From assembly GCA_018263395.1 (NCBI GenBank), contig JAANXF010000016.1:3485-67484 (forward strand): a DNA stretch of 64,000 nt, given 5' to 3'. The position numbers and the translations under genes were made by a program. The notes beneath the pieces are model-generated. The model made no database searches, was not told the origin of the DNA, and was given only the letters and a program-made list of their open reading frames with translations. The DNA comes from Methanonatronarchaeales archaeon (GTDB lineage Archaea > Halobacteriota > Methanonatronarchaeia > JAANXF01). This document shows, piece by piece, positions 1 through 9,225 of the stretch. Numbering within the stretch: the stretch's first letter is position 1; each line of letters starts with the position of its first letter.

Positions 1-856
1 CGTCATAAGGGCGCTGGAGCTCCTCGGTTTCGACTTCGCGAGGGGACGCCTCGACACCTCGCCCCACCCTTTCTCCACGGGAAACCAGTTCGACGCCCGG
101 ATAACCACGAGGGTCGGCTCGGACCCCCTGGACTCGCTGCTCTCCGCCGTCCACGAGTTTGGTCACGCCCTCTACACCCTCGGTCTGCCGGTGGACCACT
201 ACGCCACCCCGCTCGGGGAGCCGCGGGAGCTGACGGTCCACGAGTCCCAGTCCCGGCTCTGGGAGAACCACGTGGGAAGGAGCCTCGCGTTCTGGAGGTT
301 CTTCACCCCGGTGCTCAACGAGACGTTCGGGACGGATGCGTCGCCCGGCGAGGTCTACCGCGGCGTGAACAGGGTCCGGCCCCACCCGGTACGGGTGGAG
401 TCTGACGAACTCACCTACCACTTACACGTAGCCCTCAGGTTCGAAATCGAGCGGGACCTCGTGGCCGGAGAGGTCGAGGTCGACGAGGTGCCCGGGCTCT
501 GGAACGACGGGATGGAGCGGTACCTCGGGATACGGCCGGAGAGCGACGCCGAGGGCTGCCTGCAGGACGTGCACTGGAGCCACGGAAGCTTCGGGTACTT
601 CCCCACGTACTCGCTGGGCTCGATGATGGCGGCACAGCTATACGCCTCCGCCTCGGAAGAAATTCGAGGACTGGACGATATCGTCGAACGGGGAGAGTTC
701 GAGACCCTGTCTAGCTGGCTGCGCGAGGAGGTGCACCGCCACGGACAGGTGTACACCACGGACGAACTCGTGGAGCGGGCCACCGGAGCCCCTCTCTCGT
801 CCGAGCCCTTCCTGGCCTACGTCGGAGAGAAGTTCGGCGAACTCTACGGGTTTTAG
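1..856 (+). CDS. M32 carboxypeptidase (carboxypeptidase Taq family), 3' portion; gene starts upstream of the window
   Basis: The frame starting at nt 2 reads ...LSAVHEFGHALYTLG... (an HExxH zinc site typical of M32) and continues through HESQSRLWENHVG to a stop at 856; the ATG at 191 is internal. Confidence 0.8.
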   Translation, partial: VIRALELLGFDFARGRLDTSPHPFSTGNQFDARITTRVGSDPLDSLLSAVHEFGHALYTLGLPVDHYATPLGEPRELTVHESQSRLWENHVGRSLAFWRFFTPVLNETFGTDASPGEVYRGVNRVRPHPVRVESDELTYHLHVALRFEIERDLVAGEVEVDEVPGLWNDGMERYLGIRPESDAEGCLQDVHWSHGSFGYFPTYSLGSMMAAQLYASASEEIRGLDDIVERGEFETLSSWLREEVHRHGQVYTTDELVERATGAPLSSEPFLAYVGEKFGELYGF

Positions 857-929
857 GGACCCATCACTGGATAGTTTCGGTCCACTCACGCGTAAAACGG
901 TTTAGTTCTGAGGCACAAGTTTCCCCGCG

Positions 930-2255
930 ATGCGCTTCCTCCACGCCGCGGACCTCCACCTTGGTTACAGGCAGTACAACCTGGAGGCGCGTCTCGAGGA
1001 CTTCGAGCGCGCTTTCGACCGCGTGGGCAGGACGGCCGCGGGGAGGTCGGAGACGCTAGACGAACCGGTCGACTTCCTCCTGATAGCGGGGGACCTGTTC
1101 GACGACCGCTCCATAAACGCCAGGACCTTCACGGGGGCGACCGAGGTCCTCTCGAAGCTGAGGGGCGCCGGCCTTCCCGTATACGTCGTCGAGGGAAACC
1201 ACGACAGGGCATTTCATCGGGACGGCATGTCGTGGCTGGAGGCCCTGGACCACCGCGGCCTCATCGAGCTGATACGGCTCCAGGGGGACGAAGGGAGCGG
1301 GCTACGGTACCTGGCGGACTTCCGAGAGGTCGAGGTCGACGGCGAACTGGCGAGGATTTACGGAATCAGGTACGTAGGGGCCTCGACGCCCAAGGTCGCG
1401 AAGGCCGCCGCGGAGGAGGTAGGGATAATCGAGTCCCGCGAACCCGCCGACCTCACCGTCGCGATGATGCACTTCGGAATCGAGGGCCGGGGTGAGGGGC
1501 CCGGGTACAGCTACAGCTGCCTGCTCCCGCTGCGGGAGAACGTGGACTACCTCGCCCTCGGGCACTACCACAACGCCTACGAGGTTGAGGGCTGGGGCTA
1601 CAACCCGGGAAGCGTCGAGCCCACCAGCGTCTCCGAGGCCGGGGAGGATCGGGGCGTCTACCTCTACGAGGACGGCGACGTGGAACTGCTGGACCTCGGC
1701 GGAAGAGGGTTCCGGCGCGTATTCGTGGACGTCTCGGAGGCGAAGAGCGCGGAGGAAGCGTACGGACTCGTCCGGCGAGCCGCACCCGATGCGGACGGCG
1801 CCATCGTAGACGTCGTCGTGAACGGCGAGCTACGGTTCGACCGCTCCAGGCTGTCCAGGAAAGGCGTCGAGGAGGCGATCCCCGGTCAGCCGCTCCACGT
1901 CATGCTGAAGGTTAACGCCACCCGGGACGAGCTCGACGTGGAGACCCGGGGCATCGAGAGCAGAGCCGCGATAGAGCGGAAGGTATTCGAGAAGATGGCG
2001 AGGGACGCCGGCCTCCCCGACGGCTCGGCATCCACCATGGCCGAGGTCAAGGAGCTCGCGCTGAATAGGGCGCCGGCAGAGGAGGTGCTCGGCATGGTGC
2101 GGGAGGTCCTGGGCGGAGGTTCAGGCGGTGGAGGGGAAACCGGTTCGGTCGAGGGCGGGGGCTCCGGGCCGAGGGATGAGGGAGAGGGACGGGTCCACCC
2201 GGCGGGAGGGGAGGGGGACGACGAGTGGAACTGGAGGTCGGCCGGTGCTGGTTGA
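930..2255 (+). CDS. mre11: Mre11 DNA double-strand-break repair nuclease (calcineurin-like phosphoesterase)
   Basis: The N-terminus MRFLHAADLHLG...IAGDLFD...VEGNHD matches phosphoesterase motifs I-III. It lies immediately upstream of rad50, overlapping it. Confidence 0.9.
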   Translation: MRFLHAADLHLGYRQYNLEARLEDFERAFDRVGRTAAGRSETLDEPVDFLLIAGDLFDDRSINARTFTGATEVLSKLRGAGLPVYVVEGNHDRAFHRDGMSWLEALDHRGLIELIRLQGDEGSGLRYLADFREVEVDGELARIYGIRYVGASTPKVAKAAAEEVGIIESREPADLTVAMMHFGIEGRGEGPGYSYSCLLPLRENVDYLALGHYHNAYEVEGWGYNPGSVEPTSVSEAGEDRGVYLYEDGDVELLDLGGRGFRRVFVDVSEAKSAEEAYGLVRRAAPDADGAIVDVVVNGELRFDRSRLSRKGVEEAIPGQPLHVMLKVNATRDELDVETRGIESRAAIERKVFEKMARDAGLPDGSASTMAEVKELALNRAPAEEVLGMVREVLGGGSGGGGETGSVEGGGSGPRDEGEGRVHPAGGEGDDEWNWRSAGAG

Positions 2256-4551
2256 GGAGGTCAGGCTCAGGAACTTCAAATCCTACGCGGACGAGACTGT
2301 TGAGTTCCAGCCCGGCGTTAACGCGGTGCTCGGGGAGAACGGCGCCGGCAAGTCGACCATAATCGAGGGGGTCGGCTTCGCTCTCTTCGACTCCTACCCG
2401 TACCGCAGGAAGGAGGACCTCGTAAGGCGCGGGGAGAGCGACGGTAAGGTCGAGGTCTCAGTGTCCCTCGGCGGCGAACGGTACCGGGTGGTGAGGAGGT
2501 GCGGATCCTCTCAGCACTACGTGTCGCGGGGCGGAAGCCGAGTCGTCGACGGTAACACGGACGTCAGGGACTGGACCGCGTCGATCGTGGGCAGGTCCGA
2601 CCTCGACGACCTGTTCTCGGAGGTGGTCGGCGTCCCGCAGGGGACGTTCACGTCGAGCTTTTCCGAAACCGAGAGGCGTCGGAAGGACCGGTTCGAGGCG
2701 CTCCTCGGCGTGGACGAGTACGGGGAGGCGTTCTCGAAGCTCAACGGCCCGAAGAAGGCCGTGGAGGGGGAGATAGACGGGCTGAATGAGCGCAGGATAG
2801 AGCTAGCCACCGAGGCCAGGGACGCCGAGGAGCTGGAGGAGAGGCGGGAGGAAATATCCGGGGAGCTGGTCTCGAAGAGGGAGGCGGTAGGGGAGGTGGT
2901 CGGCGTCGTCGAGGAACTGGAGGGAGAGAGGGAGGAGCTACGGGAGGGGCGGGAAGAGGTGCGAGGGGCCGGGGAGACAGTCAGAACGCTGGAGGAGAGG
3001 CTGAGGGGCGAGAGGTCATCCCTGAAGGACGCCGAGAGCGACCTCGAAGAGGCCAAGGAGGCCGCGGAGGAGCTTGAGGGGCTGGAGGAGAGGGTCGAGG
3101 AGTACCGCCAGCTCGGCGAGAGTATCGAGGGGCTGGAGGAGAAGGACAGGCGCAACAGGCGGCTTGAGAAGGAGAAGAGCGAGCTCGAAAAGAAGCTATC
3201 CCGTCTGGAAGGGCGGGAGGAGCGGCTCCGGGACGAAGTAGAGAAGGGGGAGACCGCGAAGCAGGCTCTCCCAGAGCTGAGGGAGAAGCTGGAGAAGCTG
3301 AAGGAGGTCGAAGGGGAACTGGAGGGACTGAAGCTGAGGAGGCAGGGAGTCGAGACCAGGCTGGAGTCCGCGAGGGAGAGCCTCGAATCGGTTGACGGGG
3401 AAGGGACCTGTCCCCTCCTAGACGAGGAGTGTCCGGAGGTGGAGTCCCTGGATGCCTACTTCGACGATTTAATAGCAGAGCTGGAGAGCGAGGTCGAACT
3501 CCTGGAGGACGGTGTCGAGGAGGCGGAGGAGAGGCGGAAGGAACTCGAAGGTGCGAGGGACGAGCTACAGCGGGCGAAGGACCGCGTGGCGAAGGGCGAG
3601 GAGGCCGGAGAGACGCTGGAGGAGGTCCTCGACGGGGCAGGGGAGATAGAGGAGAAGGTAGAAGGTCTCGACCAGGAAATCGACGGCGGGGTGGAGGAGA
3701 AACTGGAGGAGCTGAGGGATAGGCGCTCCTCCCTGGAGGAGGCCAAGGAGCGTTACGACAGGTTGGTGACGAAGGCGGAGGGGCTCCCCGAATCGGAGTC
3801 CGAAGTGGAGCGGCTTCGCGTGGAGGTCGGGGAATCCGAGGAGGAGGTTCGTGAGGCCAAAGAGCGACTGGAGGAGGCCCGTGAGTCATTCGACCAGGAG
3901 CGGCTAAAAGAGGTCGAAGAGGAGCTGGAGAAGAGGCGAGGCGGGATGGCCGGATTGAGGTCCGACGTGTCGAACCTGAAGGAGCGGCTAAAAGAGGTCG
4001 AAGAGGAGCTGGAGGAGGTTCGTGAGGCCGAACGGGAACTGGAAGAGGTGGAGGCCCGGATGTCCGAGAGGCAGGGGGTCAGGGACCTGCTCCAGACGTA
4101 TCGCGGGAAGATACGCGACGCGGCTCCCTTCGTGGCCCGCGAGATGGTTTCGCAGGTCGAGGCGGAAGCTGACGAGATATTCTCGTCGATCATGGGGGAC
4201 TCGACGCAGAGGCTGCTGTGGGACGATAGCTACCTGGTACGGGTGAGGGAGGGCGGCAGGGAGAAGGAGTTCCCGCAGCTCAGCGGCGGTGAGCAGATGG
4301 CCGCGGCCCTCTCGGTCAGGCTCGCGTTGACGAGGCTCCTGAGCCGGGCCGGCGTGGTGTTTCTGGACGAGCCGACGGAGAACATGGACGGGGAGAGGAA
4401 GCGGTGGCTCGCCGAGAAAATAGTGGAGGTGGAGGGCTTCGACCAGGTCGTGGTCGTGAGCCACGACGACTCCTTCGACGCCCTCACGGAGAACGTGCTT
4501 CACGTCGAGAAGAACGACGGCGTTTCGAAGGTGCGGGAGGGAGGTCTGTAG
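2245..4551 (+). CDS. rad50: Rad50 SMC-like ATPase
   Basis: Walker A GENGAGKST, a long E/R/L-rich coiled coil, the zinc-hook CPLLDEECPE, the signature LSGGEQMAAALSVRLAL and Walker B VVFLDEPTENMD are all present. I chose the GTG at 2245 (VLVEEVRLRNFKSY) because it overlaps the mre11 stop; the track's ATG at 2128 would add a G/R-rich 39-aa extension inside mre11. Confidence 0.9.
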   Translation: MLVEEVRLRNFKSYADETVEFQPGVNAVLGENGAGKSTIIEGVGFALFDSYPYRRKEDLVRRGESDGKVEVSVSLGGERYRVVRRCGSSQHYVSRGGSRVVDGNTDVRDWTASIVGRSDLDDLFSEVVGVPQGTFTSSFSETERRRKDRFEALLGVDEYGEAFSKLNGPKKAVEGEIDGLNERRIELATEARDAEELEERREEISGELVSKREAVGEVVGVVEELEGEREELREGREEVRGAGETVRTLEERLRGERSSLKDAESDLEEAKEAAEELEGLEERVEEYRQLGESIEGLEEKDRRNRRLEKEKSELEKKLSRLEGREERLRDEVEKGETAKQALPELREKLEKLKEVEGELEGLKLRRQGVETRLESARESLESVDGEGTCPLLDEECPEVESLDAYFDDLIAELESEVELLEDGVEEAEERRKELEGARDELQRAKDRVAKGEEAGETLEEVLDGAGEIEEKVEGLDQEIDGGVEEKLEELRDRRSSLEEAKERYDRLVTKAEGLPESESEVERLRVEVGESEEEVREAKERLEEARESFDQERLKEVEEELEKRRGGMAGLRSDVSNLKERLKEVEEELEEVREAERELEEVEARMSERQGVRDLLQTYRGKIRDAAPFVAREMVSQVEAEADEIFSSIMGDSTQRLLWDDSYLVRVREGGREKEFPQLSGGEQMAAALSVRLALTRLLSRAGVVFLDEPTENMDGERKRWLAEKIVEVEGFDQVVVVSHDDSFDALTENVLHVEKNDGVSKVREGGL

Positions 4552-5693
4552 TGCCGCTGGACTTCGACCAGTTCCTGAACGAGCTGCAGAGCAAAGAGGC
4601 CTTTCTTCGAGGTATCCGGAGCGATACCAGGGACGTGGCGAACCGGTATCTCGGTGCTCTTGGTGACCTGGACCCGAGCACATCGGAGGACACCGAGGGC
4701 CTGGGAGAATGGCCCGGTGCCACCGTGGAAGAGGATGGGTCGATGTTTCGAGAGGTGTCGTTCGAGTTTCGCAGCGACTTCCTGGGCGAGGCTCTGGATG
4801 GATGTATCGTAACGGCGATCGACGGCAGCCAGGTCAAGCCCGACGAGTCCTTCGATATCCCGGTCGGAGTCGCCAACTGTGCCCTGGTAAGGAACGATTA
4901 CGGTGCCGGGGAGCAGGATGTGGAAAGACGTCAGGATCTGCTGGTTCCGGATGGAGGGCCGCGGGGAGACCCCTACTCCGGTGAGGAGGTGAAGACGCGT
5001 CGGGACCTATTGGAACTGAAACTCGCGAAACGGGCTGTCGAGGAGGGTCCTCACTTGGTGCTGTTCGACAACAGCCTCGTGCCGAACCACGTCAACTACA
5101 AGACGAGCGAGGTCAGGGAGCGCTACGTCGAGGGATTCGTGGACCTGCTTCGAGCGTCCGAGGCGGAAAGCGTGCCGGTCGTGGGTTTTCTGGACAGCAG
5201 TCGGGCTGGCGACCTTTTGAACATGTTGAAGGAGTACACGGGGGAGAAACGTGCGCCGTACATGACCGATGCCCGTCTCCTCGTCGACGTCATGGAGGAG
5301 GGGCAGCGGACCAAAGCCTTCCGTGTGAAACGCAAAGACGTTGTCGAAGAGCCGAGCGACGACGAGGAGGGCGAGGGCCGGAAGAACCTTCTGGAGGAAT
5401 ACACCGACGCGGGGTACGGTAACGGAGTCTGCACGGCGTATCTCCACATGGGCGGGGAGCAGCCCGGCAGGATCGAGTTCCCGACGTGGGTTCTCGAGGA
5501 GGGACTCCTCGATGACGTCGTGGGGATGGTCGTCGGTGAGGCTCTGCGGGGCGAACGTTACCCCCACGTACTGATGGAGGCTCACGATGCTGCCGTGATA
5601 CGGAAGGCGGAGAGCGAAAACGTTCACCGCGCCGTGGAGCGGCACGTGAATCGCCGTATTAACCAGAAGGAGTTCGTCAAGAGGAGGAAGTGA
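4551..5693 (+). CDS. nurA: NurA 5'-3' nuclease
   Basis: It follows rad50 with a TAGTG stop/start overlap. The sequence IVTAIDGSQVKPDESFDIPVGVANCALV contains the NurA-type DGS catalytic aspartate motif. The protein is about 380 aa. The track's upstream ATG at 4404 lies inside rad50. Confidence 0.75.
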   Translation: MPLDFDQFLNELQSKEAFLRGIRSDTRDVANRYLGALGDLDPSTSEDTEGLGEWPGATVEEDGSMFREVSFEFRSDFLGEALDGCIVTAIDGSQVKPDESFDIPVGVANCALVRNDYGAGEQDVERRQDLLVPDGGPRGDPYSGEEVKTRRDLLELKLAKRAVEEGPHLVLFDNSLVPNHVNYKTSEVRERYVEGFVDLLRASEAESVPVVGFLDSSRAGDLLNMLKEYTGEKRAPYMTDARLLVDVMEEGQRTKAFRVKRKDVVEEPSDDEEGEGRKNLLEEYTDAGYGNGVCTAYLHMGGEQPGRIEFPTWVLEEGLLDDVVGMVVGEALRGERYPHVLMEAHDAAVIRKAESENVHRAVERHVNRRINQKEFVKRRK

Positions 5694-6211
5694 TGTTTCT
5701 CGGAAGAATCTGTGAGGTGAGGTCGTTCAGGGATTGGGTGGTGTCCGTTCAGAGGGAGGAAGAGGAGGCTCTCGGCGTCGAGATGGGGTCCTTCGTGAAG
5801 CTGGAGGGCGGCCTCGTTGGGTGTGTCGTGGGTGCGGAGCAGAAGGTTCCGGAGGAGTACGTCGGTCGCGACATAGAGGACGACGACGTATCTGGCTCCC
5901 TGTTCCCGGGAAACATAGTGGACAGGTCCAGGTACGAGGTGCTGGGCCTCGGTGACGAAAACGGGTTCGTCGTCGACAGGCAGCCGGGTCTCCGGGAGTC
6001 CGTCGAGTTGATGGGCGAGGAGGAGGTCCAGGAGTTCCACCGGCCCGACGGCGACTTCTCGGTCTCGTACGTCGGCGACCTTATGGACTACGGCCTGGTG
6101 GGGCCGGAGCCCGTGGTCACCATCCTCGGAAAGGTACAGGAGGCGTTCCCGGAGAGAGGGGGAATGATGGAGTCGCTGAAGAGCCACGCGAGGAGGGTCG
6201 TCGATGAGTGA
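5690..6211 (+). CDS. Hypothetical acidic protein; N-terminus resembles a HAS-barrel (HerA N-terminal-like) fold
   Basis: A 173-aa ORF overlaps the nurA stop (ATGATG) and the herA start (ATGAGTGA). Its N-terminus GRICEVRSFRDWVVSV...GSFVKLEGGLVGCVVG has the same pattern as the herA N-terminal barrel. The remainder is D/E-rich. Confidence 0.45.
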   Translation: MMFLGRICEVRSFRDWVVSVQREEEEALGVEMGSFVKLEGGLVGCVVGAEQKVPEEYVGRDIEDDDVSGSLFPGNIVDRSRYEVLGLGDENGFVVDRQPGLRESVELMGEEEVQEFHRPDGDFSVSYVGDLMDYGLVGPEPVVTILGKVQEAFPERGGMMESLKSHARRVVDE

Positions 6212-7841
6212 ATCCGTTGGCGTAGTCAGTGGAGGGGACGCCGAGACGTTCGCGTTCCTGACGGAGGAGAGGATGCGGGAGGGTGCCTTCGTCTGCTACG
6301 AGGACGCAGTGGCTCCGGGACCGGTCCTTGGCAGGGTGTCGTCGGTTAGCGAGCACGAGCCGGTGGCGAGCGAGTTCCTCTCCCCCGGGTTCACGCCGGA
6401 GGAGGTTATGGAGACCGCCGGATTCGACTCGGCCGACGTCTCGAAGCTGGAGGTGGAGGCCAGGACCGTGGGTTACTTCGACGCCGGGATGCGGGAGTTC
6501 GTGAATCCGAGGACCCCGCCGCTCGCCGGTACCCCGGTAACTCTCGCGGACTCCTCGGTTCTCAGCGACGTGTCGAAGAGGTCGCCTTCGGAGGAAAACT
6601 CCGTCGTGGTCGGGGAGATACAGGGCACGGACACTTCGCTAACCCTCGACGTCACGGACGTGGTGGGGACGCACGTAAGCGTCATCGCGTCGACCGGCAG
6701 CGGCAAGTCGTACACGGTCGCGGTGCTGCTGGAGGAGATGCTGAAGGCGCGGAACGGCGTCGCCGGACTGGTCCTCGACCCCCACGGCGAGTACGGCTCC
6801 CTTGAGAAACTGAGGGACCGCGAACTCCTCGAGGAAAAGGGGGTGCTGGACGAGTACGAGCTCGACGGCGAACTTCCCGAGGTTCAGTGGCTAAAGGAGG
6901 ACGACGTCTCGGTCAGGGTCTCCGACCTCAGCTTCGACGAACTCGCGTCCGTCGTGGACGACGGCTCGATGAGCGAGAAGATGCGTCACTACCTCGAAGA
7001 GGCGACGAGAAACGTCAGAAGGGAGCGGGGAGGCGACTTCACAAAGGCCGAGCTGCTCGACGAGGTGAGGGAGCTGTCGGACGAGGACGGCAACCTCCTG
7101 ATAGAGGACGACACTCACCGGAAGTCCGTAGAGGGACTCGTCTGGCGGTACAAGAAGTACGTCCTGAGCAACGACTTCTTCCAGGACTACCGAAGGCTAC
7201 GGATCGACGAACTCTTCCGGCCCAGGCAGCTGACGGTGCTCGACATGTCCGGGATGCCGAACCGGGAGCAGCAGCTCGTCGCCTCAGTCCTGCTCCGCCG
7301 CACCTTCAAGTCAAGGAGAGGCACCGAACGGGGCCGCTACACCGAGGGAGACGGGCTGCACGTCCCGTACCCCGTGTTCGTCGCGCTGGAGGAGGGCCAC
7401 CGCTTCGCACCGGCGAAGGGCAGCTCCAGGTCGAAGGCCGTCCTGAAGACGATTCTGAGCGAGGGCCGGAAGTTCGGCGTCGGCGTCGCCCTGGTCTCGC
7501 AGCGCCCGTCCAAGCTCGACCCGGACTCGCTTTCGCAGTGCATGACTCAGGTGACGATGCGTATCACCAACCCGGCCGACCAGCAGCAGGTACGGCAGAG
7601 CGTCGAATCCGTCTCCCAGGACATCGTCGACGCCCTCCCCGCGCTGTCCACCGGGGAAGCCATCGTCTCCGGCGCCGCCCTCAATACCCCGGTGACCGCG
7701 AAGGTGAGGGAGCGCGTGACGCCGCACGGAGGCGAGACCGAGACCGATCCCGCCAGTCAGTGGAGAGCCGCGCTGCGGGACGAGGAGGACCTGGACGTGG
7801 AGAGGGACGGGGACCCGGACCTCTCCCTCGGCGACTGGTGA
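6204..7841 (+). CDS. herA: HerA hexameric helicase/ATPase (FtsK-HerA superfamily)
   Basis: An N-terminal barrel (VGVVSGGDAETFAF...GAFVCYED) is followed by Walker A VIASTGSGKSYTVAVLLEEM, Walker B FVALEEGHRF and a C-terminal VSQRPSKLD motif. Confidence 0.85.
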   Translation: MSESVGVVSGGDAETFAFLTEERMREGAFVCYEDAVAPGPVLGRVSSVSEHEPVASEFLSPGFTPEEVMETAGFDSADVSKLEVEARTVGYFDAGMREFVNPRTPPLAGTPVTLADSSVLSDVSKRSPSEENSVVVGEIQGTDTSLTLDVTDVVGTHVSVIASTGSGKSYTVAVLLEEMLKARNGVAGLVLDPHGEYGSLEKLRDRELLEEKGVLDEYELDGELPEVQWLKEDDVSVRVSDLSFDELASVVDDGSMSEKMRHYLEEATRNVRRERGGDFTKAELLDEVRELSDEDGNLLIEDDTHRKSVEGLVWRYKKYVLSNDFFQDYRRLRIDELFRPRQLTVLDMSGMPNREQQLVASVLLRRTFKSRRGTERGRYTEGDGLHVPYPVFVALEEGHRFAPAKGSSRSKAVLKTILSEGRKFGVGVALVSQRPSKLDPDSLSQCMTQVTMRITNPADQQQVRQSVESVSQDIVDALPALSTGEAIVSGAALNTPVTAKVRERVTPHGGETETDPASQWRAALRDEEDLDVERDGDPDLSLGDW

Positions 7842-7874
7842 CCCGAAACCGGTTAACTCTCGACCCGATGTTCG

Positions 7875-8045
7875 ATGGATGAGGAGTTCGGTAAACTGCT
7901 GACGTGCGCGTCCGTAGCCCTGGTGCTGGCGATGGCCGGACCGTCGCTCACGCTCGACGGAAACCTCGCACTCGGGCTACCCGTCGGCCCGTCCGCGTTC
8001 GGCGTCGTGCTCGGCTCGATACTCCCGATAGAGAGGGGCGTTTAA
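7875..8045 (+). CDS. Small hydrophobic protein (56 aa), hypothetical
   Basis: ATG at 7875; MDEEFGKLLTCASVALVLAMAGPSLTLDGNLALGLPVGPSAFGVVLGSILPIERGV*. It is below the track's size cut-off and is a single hydrophobic stretch. Confidence 0.25.
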   Translation: MDEEFGKLLTCASVALVLAMAGPSLTLDGNLALGLPVGPSAFGVVLGSILPIERGV

Positions 8046-8070
8046 GCGGTAGACGCACAAAGTACCTCGC

Positions 8071-8991
8071 GTGACGGGTCTACGCGAGGGCGCAGAGACC
8101 GCAGTGAACCAGTGCCTCGGCGTGGGGGGTGACGAAACCGTCCTGGTGGTTACTGACCCGGAGCGCCGGGTGATAGGCCGCGCCGTCCACGAAGCCGCAT
8201 CGGAGGTCGCGGAGGAAACCGTCTACGCAGAGATGGAGGCCGACGAGAGACACGGCGCCGAGCCACCGGCTCCCGTTGCGGCCGCCATGGAGGCGAGCGA
8301 CGTAGTAATCGCCCCGACCACCCGCAGCCTCACCCACACCGAGGCACGGAAGGGGGCCTGTGGGGCCGGCGCCCGCGTCGCCACCATGCCCGGCGTCACG
8401 GAGGAGATCGTGCGTGGCTCCATGCTCGCCGACTACCCCGAGGTAGAGCGAGCGGCAGTGGCCCTGACCGGCGACCTTGAGGGCGCGGAGGAGGTCCGGG
8501 TGACCTCGAAGCGGGGTACCGACCTCCTGCTAGACGTCCGGGGCGTGGAGTGGCGGAGGGACACTGGGATATGCCGCGAGCCCGGTTGCTACACGAACCT
8601 CCCTGCCGGCGAGGTCTACCTCGCACCTGGGACGGGCGACGGGACCCTGGTCGTCGACGGCTCCATGTCCGGCCTCGGGGTCCTTGACGAACCCGTCGAG
8701 ATACGTTTCGAGGCTGGCGAGGCCACACACGTCTCGGACCCGGACCTGCTGGAGCTGGTGGAGGAGGCCGGGGACTGCGGCCGAAATCTCGCCGAGTTCG
8801 GAATCGGTCTCAACCCGGAGGCCACCCTGGTGGGGAACGTGCTGCAGGACGAGAAGGTGAAGGGCACCGTACACGTCGCACTCGGGGACGACACCGGATT
8901 CGGCGGCGACGTCGACTGCCCGATGCACCTCGACGGCGTCGTGGCGGACGCCTCAGTGGAGGCCGACGGGAAGCCGGTCGAGATATCCTGA
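8071..8991 (+). CDS. Aminopeptidase, M29/AmpS (thermophilic metalloprotease) family-like
   Basis: The C-terminal GTVHVALGDDTGFGGDVDCPMHLDGVV...DGKPV resembles the M29 metal-binding region. At 306 aa it is shorter than typical M29 members, so the family assignment is tentative. Confidence 0.55.
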   Translation: MTGLREGAETAVNQCLGVGGDETVLVVTDPERRVIGRAVHEAASEVAEETVYAEMEADERHGAEPPAPVAAAMEASDVVIAPTTRSLTHTEARKGACGAGARVATMPGVTEEIVRGSMLADYPEVERAAVALTGDLEGAEEVRVTSKRGTDLLLDVRGVEWRRDTGICREPGCYTNLPAGEVYLAPGTGDGTLVVDGSMSGLGVLDEPVEIRFEAGEATHVSDPDLLELVEEAGDCGRNLAEFGIGLNPEATLVGNVLQDEKVKGTVHVALGDDTGFGGDVDCPMHLDGVVADASVEADGKPVEIS

Positions 8992-9225
8992 GCGCGTCGA
9001 CCGGAGATTTACACTGGAAGCCTCCATGTTTACCCGGAGGAGAATCGACTGGTCGACACGGCCCAGATAGCCCGGGACCTCATATCGCAGTACTCCACCT
9101 CGATAGAGCCCCTCTTCTACTTCGCGGCGGCCTTCGTATTCGTCTACGTCCTGGGCCGCTTCTTTGGGGAGCCGCCGCTGAGGCGCCTGCTCGAGCTGCA
9201 GGAAGTAGAGCAGTATCCGAGACGC

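Noticed and set aside
2128-2244. Upstream ATG start for rad50 (adds 39 aa GKPVRSRAGAPGRG...)
   Set aside because: The extension is G/R-rich, lies within mre11 coding sequence, and the GTG at 2245 gives the canonical Rad50 N-terminus with stop/start overlap.
2517-3889. Long minus-strand ORFs (212 aa, 302 aa, 96 aa) inside rad50, rich in S/P/R/A
   Set aside because: They are antisense to the rad50 coiled-coil region. Low-complexity composition is expected from an E/R/L-rich GC-heavy sense strand, and they lack start context or domains.
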